This document shows positions 12,601 through 27,390 of a stretch of 64,000 nucleotides of DNA, one piece after another. Within the stretch, counting starts at the first letter, position 1. The number at the start of each line of letters is the position of its first letter. The translations under genes and the position numbers were made by a program. The stretch comes from Eledone cirrhosa (lineage: Eukaryota): contig OZ024765.1 in assembly GCA_964016885.1 (NCBI GenBank), positions 20,460,001 to 20,524,000 on the forward strand. The letters run 5' to 3'. The notes below the pieces were generated by a model. It saw nothing but the letters and a program-made list of their open reading frames with translations. It did no database searches and was not told where the DNA came from.

Positions 12601-13360
12601 CTGTGATATATGTGGTAAATCATTCTCTGTAAGCAAAGACTTGACTGTTCACAAACGTACACATACAGGAGAGAAACCATATCACTGTGATATATGTGGT
12701 AAATCATTCTCTGTAAGTAACCAGCTAACTACTCACAAACGTACACATACAGGAGAGAAACCATATCACTGTGATATATGTGGTAAATCATTCTCTGTAA
12801 GCAAAGACTTGACTGTTCACAAACGTACACATACAGGAGAGAAACCATATCACTGTGATATATGTGGTAAATCATTCTCTGTAAGTAACCAGCTAACTAC
12901 TCACAAAAGTACACATACAGGAGAGAAACTATATCGTTGTGATATCTGTGGTAAATCATTCTCTGTAAGCAAAGACTTGACTGTTCACAAACGTACACAT
13001 ACAGGAGAGAAACCATATCACTGTGATATATGTGGTAAATCATTCTCTGTAAGTAACCAGCTAACTACTCACAAACGTACACATACAGGAGAGAAACTAT
13101 ATCGTTGTGATATCTGTGGTAAATCATTCTCTGTAAGCAAAGACTTGACTGTTCACAAACGTACACATACAGGAGAGAAACCATATCACTGTGATGTATG
13201 TGGTAAATCATCCTCTGTAAGCAAAGACTTGACTGTTCACACAAGTACACATACAGGAGAGAAACCATATCACTGTGATATCTGTGGTAAATCATTCTCT
13301 GTAAGCAAAGACTTGACTGTTCACAAACGTACACATACAAGAGAGAAACCATATCACTGA
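9628..13360 (+). pseudogene. Poly-C2H2 zinc-finger gene frameshifted after finger 1 (pseudogene or sequence error)
   Basis: ATG at 9628 gives MANGQKKSPYHCNICKKSFSQKHNLT. Two 1-nt deletions (~9710, ~9724) separate it from the long frame. A candidate splice acceptor (tttctctattatttcag) ends at 9240. Confidence 0.7.
9704..13360 (+). CDS. Open frame of ~43 tandem C2H2 zinc fingers with TGEKPY linkers; no effector domain visible
   Basis: ORF-track 10034..13360 starts at a TTG, but the frame is open back to the TAA at 9701-9703. 84-bp repeat HTGEKPYHCDICGKSFSxxxxLTxHKR; a final degenerate finger is out of frame after a 2-nt deletion at ~13358. Confidence 0.9.
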   Translation, partial: LFKACSYGEKPYHWDICGKSFSGRANLTSHTCTHTGEKPYDCAICGKSFSVRANLISHKRVHTGEKPYDCAICGKSFSKRNSLNVHKRLHTGEKPYHCDICGKSFSGNKDLTSHTRIHTGEKPYHCEICGKSFSQKGTFIRHKRIHTGQKPYHCDMCGKSFSGRNNLTYHIRTDTGEKPYHCDICGKSFSVSNQLTTHKRVHTGREKPYHCDICGKSFSVSKDLTVHKRTHTGEKPYHCDICGKSFTASDQLTTHKRKHTGEKPYHCDIYGKSFSVSNQLTTHKRTHTGEKPYHCDICGKSFSVSKDLTVHKRTHTGEKPYHCDICGKSFSVSNQLTTHKRTHTGEKPYHCDICGKSFSVSKDLTVHKRTHTGEKPYHCDICGKSFSVSNQLTTHKRTHTGEKPYHCDICGKSFSVSNQLTTHKRTHTGEKPYHCDICGKSFTASDQLTTHKRKHTGEKPYHCDICGKSFSVSNQLTTHKRTHTGEKPYHCDICGKLFSVSKDLTVHKRTHTGEKPYHCDICGKSFSVSKDLTVHKRTHTGEKPYHCDICGKSFTASDQLTTHKRKHTGEKPYHCDICGKSFSVSNQLTTHKRTHTGEKPYHCDICGKSFSVSKDLTVHKRTHTGEKPYHCDICGKSFSVSKDLTVHTSTHTGEKPYHCDICGKSFSVSKDLTVHKRTHTGEKPYHCDICSKSFSVSKDLTVHKRTHTGEKPYHCDICGKSFSVSNQLTTHKRKHTGEKPYHCDICGKSFSVSNQLTTHKRTHTGEKPYHCDICGKSFSVSKDLTVHKRTHTGEKPYHCDICSKSSVSKDLTVHKRTHTGEKPYHCDICGKSFSVRKDLTVHKRTHTGEKPYHCDICGKSFSVSNQLTTHKRVHTGREKPYHCDICGKSFSVSKDLTVHTSTHTGEKPYHCDICGKSFSVSKDLTVHKRTHTGEKPYHCDICGKSFSVSKDLTVHKRTHTGEKPYHCDICGKSFSVSKDLTVHKRTHTGEKPYHCDICGKSFSVSNQLTTHKRTHTGEKPYHCDICGKSFSVSKDLTVHKRTHTGEKPYHCDICGKSFSVSNQLTTHKSTHTGEKLYRCDICGKSFSVSKDLTVHKRTHTGEKPYHCDICGKSFSVSNQLTTHKRTHTGEKLYRCDICGKSFSVSKDLTVHKRTHTGEKPYHCDVCGKSSSVSKDLTVHTSTHTGEKPYHCDICGKSFSVSKDLTVHKRTHTREKPYH

Positions 13361-13594
13361 TATCTGTTTTAAATCATTCTCGCAGAGTAGTGAATTTACT
13401 GTTCACAAATGTATTCATACAAGAGGGAATACTCCAGTTGAGTCTACAGCATGACAGCCTTTCTAATGTTTGTGATGTACTTGATACAAAGCTGGTCAAA
13501 CAAAGAGGACTCTTCAGTTATTTTGAGGAACAATCAACATGTTTCTTGGTCATTACGTATAAGAGTATATATATGGTCATAAAATATATCATCT

Positions 13595-13728
13595 TGATCA
13601 CCTTGACCGACCAGGCTGTCGGGCACCAATCGGTGCTGGTGTTTTAGCCATAAGATAATGCCATCCCACTGGGTGGGCAGGCAACCCGGTACTCACTTCT
13701 ACAGCTGAGTAAACTGGAGCAACGTGAA
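13595..13728 (-). mobile_element. SINE fragment (Deu/Nin-like central domain)
   Basis: Reverse complement atttcacgttgctccagtttactcagctgtagaagtgagtaccgg resembles a conserved SINE central domain (recalled, not searched). Confidence 0.5.
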
Positions 13729-21255
<7,527 letters not shown>

Positions 21256-21273
21256 ATTAAAATAACAGATTAA

Positions 21274-21324
21274 AGTTTAAGCAAAGAATCGCTGCTTTCA
21301 CCCTTAACGGTATCTTCTGAAACT
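21274..21324 (-). ncRNA. Degenerate type I hammerhead ribozyme motif in the Penelope 3' region
   Basis: AGUUU-CAGAAGA-UACCGUUAAGGGU-GAA-AGCA-loop-UGCU-U-AAACU; stems I and III pair, but the core has a U4-to-A mismatch. Confidence 0.5.
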
Positions 21325-21414
21325 AACAAAGTCAATCTGTAAACGCAGAACTGGATATTTCAAAAAACCTTGCAATCGGAGGAAGACAGGAAGACGATAC
21401 TTTGGTTCGTGGTA

Positions 21415-21680
21415 ACGTTCGCTGGCAAAGAATGGGAAAAAACGAATAATACGTCATTAATTAGGAGCGGTGAAAAACAATTACGCGCAAAGACAAAACC
21501 ACGTTTATGGTATAAAAAGAGTCGTAGACTAATGTTCTCTTAGGTGGTGCATAGAGACGTTCTCTGGCAATGAACGAAAAAACGAAGATAATAAGTCATA
21601 TGTGGAGCGTGGAGAACAATAGCACGCAAAGACAAAACCACGTAAATGGTATAGCAGAAATCGTAGACTAAAATTCTAAC
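21415..21680. repeat. Diverged ~142-bp tandem duplication in Penelope 3' region
   Basis: acgttc.ctggcaa...gcaaagacaaaaccacgt..atggtata...tcgtagactaa occurs at ~21415 and ~21557. Confidence 0.8.
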
Positions 21681-22923
21681 TAGGAGACCGAATGATTCTC
21701 CGCTACAGAGTTAAGAACAAAGTAAATAAATACAATACAGAAGTAATAGGAACAAATAAATACATACACGCAAACAGATACGTACATACACAAGCATACG
21801 CAAAACCTTACCATGGGTATACAAAACCACGCACATATAAATATGTGTGTGTATGCTTGTGTACAAATAAATAAATAATTATATAAACGTATATAAGTAA
21901 ATAAATACGTATATAACAAGCGCACACGCATACCTACATATAAATACACGAATGTTCGGAGACGTCAGTCAACTAAAACAAGAAGTACACATATACACAC
22001 ACCCACCATACGTACGAACCTGCACACTCACGCGGACGCCAAACTCCCGTATACACATAGCCAAACCCTAAATACCAGAATATGTAAAAATGATACGCTA
22101 TAACAGTCAAATATACGTACGAGAAGGTATACATACCTTCACAAAACATACGGGTAATATATACTTACCTATGCAAATACGTAAAGGAATAAACAAAACA
22201 TATACTTAGCTCCCACATCAAGACGTAAAATATCCACGTATAGATCGTGCTATCCGTTAGGGTATAACGGGGCTGTAATACAGGAAAGTTTTGTGCAATT
22301 TATGTTTACAAGCCGAAATTGCCTCAGATTTTTTGTTTAAGATGTAGTCTGTAGCGTAGAGTATTTCCAGGGCCTCAGCGGCGCAGAGGTCACATGGTCT
22401 TTTATTTCCGTTATACGATCTAGCCCTAGCTAGGATCTCCCAGTGTAACTTATATTGGGTGTGGTTGTCTTTTAGACTCCAGATATAAGCTGAAAGTGAC
22501 GTCATATTCCTTCTTAGAGGGTAACGAAAAGAATGGGTATGCATGTAAAGACGCTGCTTGAAACTATTGGCGGTTAACCCTATGTAGGCCCTACGGGACG
22601 TGGGTGTTACAACCTTACATTTGTAGACAATGTTACTAGAGAGGCATTTCCCGGATAGGGGGCAATCAGCCCGATTCCTACAATTACAGTTAGCACTACC
22701 TACAGGATTGCACGTGTTCCTACGGCTAGGTAGTTTAGCTAAATTTGAAGCTGTGATGTTATGTGCAAGGTTAGGAGTCGTAGAGTAAGAAATTTTAATA
22801 GTATTTCTATTAAAAATTTTACTATATTTATGTGTAGGGGGAAATGCTTCGTAATAAGGGAAAGAAAGATCTTAGCTAATTTAATATTTATAAAGTTACT
22901 TTTTTATTTTTGTTTTATACTAT

Positions 22924-23012
22924 AAAAAATATAATACGACACACTGCCAGTGATTGAACCCCGGACCTGGACTTCCACCGGCTCTTATACATACCACTAG
23001 GCTAAAGGAACG
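22924..23012 (-). ncRNA. Pol III-type tRNA-like module M1 (in every unit)
   Basis: A box TAGCCTAGTGG (23004-22994), B box GGTTCAATCAC (22960-22950), T6 terminator, upstream TTTATAAATA. Confidence 0.55.
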
Positions 23013-23060
23013 GTTACGGAAACTTACTGAAAATTGATATTTATAAACCTACTTTTTCAT

Positions 23061-23235
23061 TACTAGAAAAAACCGGAAGTGGAGAAAATTGAAAAACATC
23101 TTCTTTTTCTTCCTCTGATTTTTTTTTATCCAAAATTTGGATTTAAGTCAGAGACGAGTTATCGTTCGTGGCAAAAATCAGAGGAAGAAAAAGAAAAAGT
23201 TTTTCAATTTTCTCCACTTCCGGTTTTTTCTAGTA
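23061..23235. other. Long inverted repeat/hairpin (~63-bp arms) with branched loop (in every unit)
   Basis: tactagaaaaaaccggaagtggagaaaattgaaaaac..tctttttcttcctctgattttt / aaaaatcagaggaagaaaaaga..gtttttcaattttctccacttccggttttttctagta. Confidence 0.92.
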
Positions 23236-23275
23236 TAGGTAAGTAAATATTAATTTTCAATGCATTTTTGTAACC

Positions 23276-23348
23276 GTCCCTGTGGCCTAATGGTAAGCAC
23301 TAGAGACGGTGGAGATCCTGATTTAGGGTTCGATTTCCGTTAGGTTTT
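23276..23348 (+). ncRNA. Pol III-type tRNA-like module M2 (in every unit)
   Basis: A box TGGCCTAATGG (23283), B box GGTTCGATTTCC (23327), TTTT at 23345. Confidence 0.6.
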
Positions 23349-23631
23349 ATACTAATAATGCTGTACTTTGTAGTAATGTCCCATATTATATTCAACATAT
23401 TTTAATTAAAATTTTTTTTTTTATAAAAGAAAGAACAAAAAAACCTTATTGAAATTAAGAAATGAATTTTATTCAGTAAAGTTGTTTTTATTTTGTTTTC
23501 ACTTCATTAACTGCTGAATACGTCTTTTGTTTTTGTTTTTGATTCTTTCTAACCATTGTTTACTGTGAATGGTGACTGCAACGAACCTGGATTATTACCA
23601 AGTTTCACTGGATGATTGTATTATTTTGTTG

Positions 23632-23703
23632 TCAGTGGACATCTGGACATCTATCTAAATACCTGGAATAAACACAAGGTGTGTGTTTTACGTAACATTT
23701 CAT
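23632..23703 (-). CDS. Candidate micro-ORF or terminal exon A: MKCYVKHTPCVYSRYLDRCPDVH*
   Basis: Paralogous to 25511-25573; followed by AATAAA signals at ~23487 and ~23468; possible acceptor TTTATTCCAG|G at 23663. Confidence 0.35.
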   Translation of the reverse strand: MKCYVKHTPCVYSRYLDRCPDVH

Positions 23704-24037
23704 TTTAATGTCTGATGTTCCTGTATTTCACATTTAAAATGTCACCAAAAATAAACAAGACAGGGACGCTACATCAAAATAAACCACACAGACGAGGTAC
23801 GAATAATCTAAAATTAATTTTAACAAACTATAAACGATGTTTAAAGAGAGACGAACATTAAAATAGGATTTCAAACAAACACGTAAACACAAAGACAATT
23901 ACAGCCGCCATAATCTAATATCTGAAGATCAACATTTTTCACGATAGAAATAAAACTAAATATGTAAAGTTTAGTGGCCCCTGATTTACTTGCTTTTAAT
24001 TTCATTTTGATAATCTGTATTCTGTAGACATATATTT

Positions 24038-24700
24038 ATGATTTTAATGATGAAATTTCCTCTTGTCTTTAAAAGATTATTACTTATAAAAATTATAATA
24101 GTCACCTCCTCCTCTGGATTAATATGTAGCTTACCCACAGGGGTTCCTCAACTGGGCGGTTTCAACTGCTGGGTGGGCGATGAGCAGCTGAACAGAAAAT
24201 TGAGAGCCATTGGAAACTTTGGTGGCCGATATAGAATTTTGAGATTTAAGAAGGTATGCTACCCGAAAACCTATTCAAGGAATATATGCAAAGAACCTGA
24301 ATAAAAATCAGGAAGCTAATTGGGAAAATTAAACCAGGAACAAACATTTACGAAACATATTTGGTATACTTTGGAATATTTACTATACAGGTGGCTGGTG
24401 GAACATTCTTTCATGTGAATGTGGGAAATGACGCCAAAATATTTGGCAACCCTTGGCTTACACCTTACTAAATGTTCTGGAGACAAGCCTCTTAGCTATA
24501 TATCATAGTTCTTCAATCCTTCATCTTCCACAGTTGGTGAAGTATTTCGATTTGATATGACGATCGCAGAGTTAGATTTAGGACGTGGTGGCGTTCATCG
24601 GTTTCTTAGTGTTGTTACTAGAAAGGGTCGACTCTGTCTTTCACACTTCAGGTTTTTTCATGAATTAAATATCCATTTTCTTTCTGATCGGTCTAACAAT
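24038..24700 (+). pseudogene. Decayed non-LTR RT fragment, R1/Loa-like (in every unit)
   Basis: SSRLIYSIIRGSLPTGVPQLGG (long allele) resembles the RT motif 'LSSRxIxxx..IRxxVTRGxPQGG'; downstream similarity is weak and frameshifted. Confidence 0.5.
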
Positions 24701-24834
24701 GATTCGAACCTACAATGACTCCGTCTGTAATAATGTTCTCTTATTTGAAATATGCCATACCTAACTCCAGTGTCTGTGTGTGTGAAAAATATTCCAACTT
24801 AGAGCGACGTGCCCGTAAATTGTTTAGCCTGATT

Positions 24835-24845
24835 CCTATATATAG
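24835..24845 (-). promoter_or_regulatory. Candidate TATA box of cassette A
   Basis: TATATATAGG ~80 nt upstream of AG|GTATGG donor (24760), with TTGTAG acceptor at 24710. Confidence 0.35.
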
Positions 24846-25109
24846 ATAATGTGTAATATTTGAACCTTCATGGAGGGTCTTTGCCGTAATTTCCCGTAAC
24901 TCCGACTAGAAGTCATTATGTAGTTTTTTCGTCCGTTAAAAATAATGATTAAAACAATTCTATATCCACAGTTATATACACCTCTTCATCACATATTATA
25001 TTATTTCCACCAATAACTACATTATATCCTTAAATATGACACCAAGACATATAATTTGTAAATAAAAGATAAAATATTAAAACCTCAATTTTTAAATAAT
25101 TTTACCCAC

Positions 25110-25250
25110 CTTTGTGTTCTCAGTGTTTAGATTAACCATAATTTTATGATTTTGGAGCATATAACTTATAGTACCAGTCATGTACTGGGATCAATTTAAC
25201 GGATTGGTTCCTCCCCGCAAATTACTTGACTTTTGCCTAAGTAAGACATA
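25110..25250 (+). mobile_element. Decayed SINE of the 7607 family (in every unit)
   Basis: tagtaccagtcatgtactgggatcaatttaacggattggttcctccccgcaaattacttgacttttgcctaag aligns by eye with the SINE 3' part at 7487-7593. Confidence 0.65.
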
Positions 25251-25510
25251 CTCACAGAATGTATCGATGTATATGTATGAATCTATATATATATATATAT
25301 TAGTATATTTTATGTTTACAATAAAAATAGACAAACAATTTAATGATAATATGAAATGAAATTATTATTATTTATTAATAATATTTTTATTGTTTTCACT
25401 GCATTAACTTCTGAGTGTGACTTACTATTTTCTACTGTAAATGGCGGCTTAATTGGATTATTACTAAGGTTTACTGGATTGTGGTGTTTCTTTATTGTTT
25501 TATATTTCAA

Positions 25511-25573
25511 TCAGTGGACATCAGGATAGCTTTCTATATACCTGGGATAAATGTAAAGAGTACTGACTTTCAT
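25511..25573 (-). CDS. Candidate micro-ORF or terminal exon B: MKVSTLYIYPRYIESYPDVH*
   Basis: Paralogous to 23632-23703; acceptor-like TTTATCCCAG|G at 25542; AATAAA downstream at ~25386 and ~25371. Confidence 0.35.
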   Translation of the reverse strand: MKVSTLYIYPRYIESYPDVH

Positions 25574-25794
25574 CTGCAGTTCAATGGTGATGTCTTCTTA
25601 TATTTTCATTTACTTCTGCAATACTGTAGTCTTTCATTATTTTAAATATTTCTATCATGTCACTCGTTTAATATATCTCCCCGAAAGATATAGTTATTCA
25701 GAGCTTTACATTGGAATAGTGTACTACTATTTAAATATTAGTCCTTTAAATATATATTTCTATCATGTCCTACCCCCCCCCCCCCCCCCCCGTC

Positions 25795-26400
25795 TTAGAT
25801 TTATCTCCTCTAAATTTGCAATCCCTAAAGTTTAACATCTTTCTTCAGAAGACGATTTCTTAATAATTCTGGTGTTTTCTGTTTTGTTCTTTTCTGGATT
25901 CCTTCAATAGCTTCTCCGTATTTTCTGAAGTCGTCTGACCATGCCCAAAACAATATTCTAGGTCGTATCACACATATCATTCAACTAGTGTTTTAGACCT
26001 CTCGACATTTAGCTAGGCAAAGGAATGTTTTATTATTCCTATCATCTGAATTCCTTTTTTTTCTTCAACATGTTTAGCCATCTTTAAAATCATATTCATA
26101 CATATTCACAATTCCTCGTGGAGAGGTATAAGAGACATGTATAAATATAGCTGCATATTACTACAAATAACTTGAACCATATCGCGAAACATTTTGTAAA
26201 GTATCTCTGTAATTATTCTCATTTCGATTTTCTGTAGAATGTATTGACGTTTAAGATAGAGACAATTGCCCTTCTTCTAATAATCTCTTTGTCCATTGCA
26301 TGTTTAGTCTCACAAAATATTGTTAATGCAAGATTTTGCTCTAATGTAATAAATGTTACTTTTAAAAGACCGAAGTTCTCAATTTTCTTCTTTCTCTTGT
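25795..26400 (-). pseudogene. Decayed, internally deleted CR1/L2-type LINE ORF2 fragment (in every unit)
   Basis: Minus-strand pieces across frameshifts and copies: RAKSCINNIL / EWTKRLLEEG / KMAKHVEE / QMIGIIKHSFA / LEYCFGAWSDDFRKYGEAIEGIQKRTKQKTPELLRNLSSEERC*TLGIANLE. These parallel the CR1 'LEYCSSVWSP..KKDIDAIEKVQRRATK..LRNLSYEERL..LGL.SLE' region. Confidence 0.8.
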
Positions 26401-26526
26401 ATATTGATATCTAAAGGATGACAAATGTATGAATTATGTGATAGGGAGGAAAAAAGCCACGACCTTCTTCTCTCGTTACAGAAGGCTAACTGACAACGTC
26501 TTTCGCAGGAGTGACTAGTACTACTG

Positions 26527-26539
26527 CCTTTTATATACC
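26527..26539 (-). promoter_or_regulatory. Candidate TATA box of cassette B
   Basis: Canonical TATATAAAAGG ~70 nt upstream of AAG|GTCGTG donor (26463), with CCTTTAG acceptor at 26411. Confidence 0.45.
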
Positions 26540-27181
26540 GTGACAACTGGAAAGACGTGACAAATAAGGATACACTCTGCTCTCCTTATCAACATTGTCC
26601 GAGTCTGAGGACCTTTCCTCCCTGGTTAAGGAGTGAGATAAAATATTAGGGATCAATCTCTAGCAATAATTTCATTAAATCATATTTAACCAGAGACTTA
26701 TGTCGTGGTTGTTGCTATATTTCATAGTCGTGGTTTCAATGTTTAACAGGGGTTGTAGAATTAGCTTTATCTAATTATTATCAAACAAAACAGATTTATA
26801 TATTGTCGCCGTTGTACGTTAAAATCACATATATATTTATATACACACCAAGGATGGAGGGACGACGGAATTGAAAAGCATTATTGCTGAGTACATCACG
26901 GCAAGAATCTAATCTAATACACACAAACACTCTCCCGTATATATTTAATAATCAGCTATGACCATGAAGAAGGTCCCTGTAGATCATCTGGTTGTAGGAT
27001 CTAATGAACCCGAAAGAAAGTGAAAATATATTTTATGAAAGCCCCAGAAGAATAAATGTAAACATTGACCCGATTATAGTAGAAATAAGAATGAGAAAGC
27101 CATGAACGCCAGCACATCTATTTTGCTTGGAAATTGAAAGTAGGTTTATAAATATAAATGTTTTCTTATGTTCTTGTATCT

Positions 27182-27269
27182 GTTTCGTTGGCCTAATGGT
27201 AGGTGTTAGAGACTATGTAGACACTGATGTGGTGTTCAATCTCAGTCCGAATCTGTACTATATATTTTT
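27182..27269 (+). ncRNA. Pol III-type tRNA-like module M3 (in every unit)
   Basis: Upstream AGTAGGTTTATAAATAT, A box TGGCCTAATGG (27189), B-like GTGTTCAATCTC, T5 at 27265. Confidence 0.5.
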
Positions 27270-27295
27270 AAATTAAAATTTTTCTCTAGTAAAGT

Positions 27296-27390
27296 AAAAA
27301 ATGAAATTATTATCTCTAGACTTTGACTGAAATCGAAACCCAGAGCAGGTTCTCCACCGTCTCTAATACCTACCATTAGGCCACGGAGAC
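27296..27390 (-). ncRNA. Pol III-type tRNA-like module M4 (in complete units)
   Basis: A box TGGCCTAATGG (27383-27373), B-like GGTTTCGATTTC, T6 terminator, upstream AGTAACTTTATAAATAT. Confidence 0.5.

Larger units (their letters stand above)
21256..22880 (-). mobile_element. 3' portion of Penelope-like retroelement (linker, GIY-YIG endonuclease, 3' UTR/pLTR), interrupted by the 4.6 kb array
   Basis: Minus strand ~22878-22257, one frameshift near KHFP: KIFLSLITKHFP/THKYSKIFNRNTIKISYSTTPN...CNCRNRADCPLSGKCLSSNIVYKCKV...YIGLTANSFKQRLYMH...CDLCAAEA...LNKKSEAISACKHK. Confidence 0.9.

Noticed and set aside
11133-13352. Minus-strand repeat ORFs (MIYHIYHSDMVSLLYVYVCEQ...)
   Set aside because: Antisense shadows of the zinc-finger array
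24038-24304. 88/93-aa ORF as an intact functional protein
   Set aside because: Better explained as a decayed RT fragment around GVPQ(G)G; the catalytic YADD is not intact
24535-24575. THAP-like LCDRHIKSKYF on minus strand
   Set aside because: Very short, surrounded by stops, with no N-terminal CxxxC; probably chance
22924-27390. A/B-box modules as canonical tRNA genes
   Set aside because: No convincing acceptor stem or 7-nt anticodon loop could be built by eye
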